NCBI GenBank assembly: GCA_964057225.1
Contig: OZ059898.1
Coordinates: 8,370,001 to 8,434,000 of the forward strand
Direction of reading: 5' to 3'
Source of the DNA: Auanema rhodensis
Lineage: Eukaryota; Animalia; Nematoda
DNA length: 64,000 nt
Shown here one piece after another: positions 62,410 to 64,000 of the stretch. Within the stretch, counting starts at the first letter, position 1, and every line of letters begins with the position of its first letter. The position numbers and the translations under genes were made by a program. The notes beneath the pieces are model-generated. The model saw only the letters and a program-made list of their open reading frames with translations, was not told the DNA's origin and did not search any database.

Positions 62410-62680
62410 AGTTCACGTGAAGCCGGTTGAAATGTACAACTTGAACTGAGCTTCTTAAAACACATGAGAAGTTCATGCAAGCTCTATGATATTCACATAA
62501 AGCTATAAGACAGTTCACGCAAAATTCCTAGAAAGTTCACGTAAATCTTTCAAAAAGTTCACGTAAAGGTTTTGGACAAGTTCACGCGACAAAAATAAAA
62601 AAGATCATGCACACTGCATGGAAAGCTCGTGTAAAAGCCTTTATTCGAAGATTCCCATACAGTAGAATGTTCACGTGTTG
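62410..62680 (+). repeat. Degenerate minisatellite with about 22-nt period and core AAGTTCACGY
   Basis: Cores at about 62412, 62472, 62492, 62514, 62536, 62558, 62581, 62604, 62626, 62670; the sequence between cores is poorly conserved. Confidence 0.75.
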
Positions 62681-64000
62681 GGCATAGGAAGTTTCCGTTC
62701 AACATCTTATGAAACTCAATACTATTTTCAAATTATTGTTCAATTGAAAAAAGAAAAAAACTGTAATTGTTAAAAACATATAATAAAAATAATTTTTACT
62801 TTCTGAAGTTTTTGTTATAACATCATCGAAACAAAAATCGTTTTTTCTCTTATTACATATTATCTAGTTTATGGAATAAAACTAGTAAGTATTAACTTTT
62901 TGTCTTTCCTATAATCATTGAGGGAGTAATTCACTAAGCGGATGATGCCAGTTATACAACAAGATGTAACGGTTATCATCCTCCCTCACTTCCATACACC
63001 CCCAATTTTGAATTTCATTGTGAAAATTATTAATATTGAGCAAAATATAAAAAATATTGATTTATTCATTAATTTTTTTGGTATTTTTAAATTTTTACAA
63101 TACAAAAATTTAATAATGCATAAAAAAACTTTATTCAGAAGCCTTGCAACAAAAATTAAGAATTCAATCATTATGGTCATAAAACATTTTTTAAAAACTT
63201 TATTCATTTTAAAATATTTTAAATTTATTGTTTCCACCTCAACAGTCAACAGAAAGTAATTCAAAATCAGTTTTTTAAAATGTATTTTCTGTTCTATTTA
63301 TAAACATATAATACAATATAATATAATAAAAAATTATAAAACATTTTTTTTATATTTTAAATGTTAGATATAGATTTGTTGCATATTCTAATCATTAGTA
63401 AGTAATGTCCTAATCTACTTAAAATTGTTAAAAAATATGATAAGAACGTATAGAACAATGAGACTAAGAAAATATTTTTCTTAAATATGAGGTATTACAA
63501 TGGAAACATTTCATTTTCTTTTGAATTTAATAGAATAAACAGATTTACAGATTTATATTTATTACAACCGTTATACTATATAATCCAAATACAGATGAAT
63601 AAACGAAATGATGAAAATTTGAATTAAAATATTTTATTTATTTCATATACTAATTAGAAGTGTAAAATAATTTATTTTGAAAGAAAACTTTCTCGTCTAA
63701 AACCCGTACAAGCTGACAAAGATGAAAAGGCTGTACATTGATATAGAAAAGTAATACATAAGAAGTGAACAACATCTTTAAAATACAGAGAAGTGAGAAT
63801 ATAATGATTTAGAAAAAGAGAAAAATAACAAATTAGAAACATATGTATAACTATAACTACCTATACAATCTATCCATATAATTTATAATTACAATCTAAC
63901 TTAAAATGCTAAACTAGATTTAATGTTTCAATTCCATACAACAACATTTGATGCATCCAATGCTACCATAATTATGAAACAAACATAAATTGCTATCAAA

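Noticed and set aside
62410-62680. CRISPR-like repeat-spacer appearance
   Set aside because: Eukaryotic context, cores only about 10 nt and degenerate, spacers about 12 nt, no cas genes.
62942-63264. 105-aa and 92-aa ORFs on opposite strands
   Set aside because: Extreme F/I/K/N bias from AT richness, no motif and no splice support.

Overview
AT-rich eukaryotic genomic DNA from a nematode, probably clade V/Rhabditina. Evidence: dense 43-60 nt GT-AG introns, trans-splice-type acceptors, a C. elegans-like tRNA-Lys and a C. elegans-like OGT-1 N-terminus. The ORF track is mostly exon fragments or noise, so I assembled genes by hand across introns. 1-23 kb is gene-poor and purine-skewed, consistent with the 5' introns and alternative first exons of a large minus-strand gene that leaves the window; it also holds tRNA-Lys(CTT). 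23-53 kb is gene-dense: two tandem divergent CLK/LAMMER-like kinases, a catalytically altered group III sPLA2-like gene, ogt-1, nuo-4 and rnp-7 (U1-70K) on the minus strand, a domesticated integrase-H2C2 gene and acs-4-like ACSL on the plus strand, and an MFSD8-like transporter on the minus strand. 55-62 kb holds a secreted Cys-module/PEBP-like gene and a serpentine GPCR. The strongest find is an apparent U1-snRNP-sensing circuit in rnp-7. One 533-nt intron, at the position I recall for the human SNRNP70 regulatory intron, carries a poison acceptor with an immediate stop and nine GTAAG donor motifs, three donor-like hexamers abutting the true acceptor. Two more strong donors lie in the 3'UTR just upstream of the operon trans-splice site of nuo-4. 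Neighbouring ogt-1 has an enlarged intron at the position of the human OGT detained intron 4.
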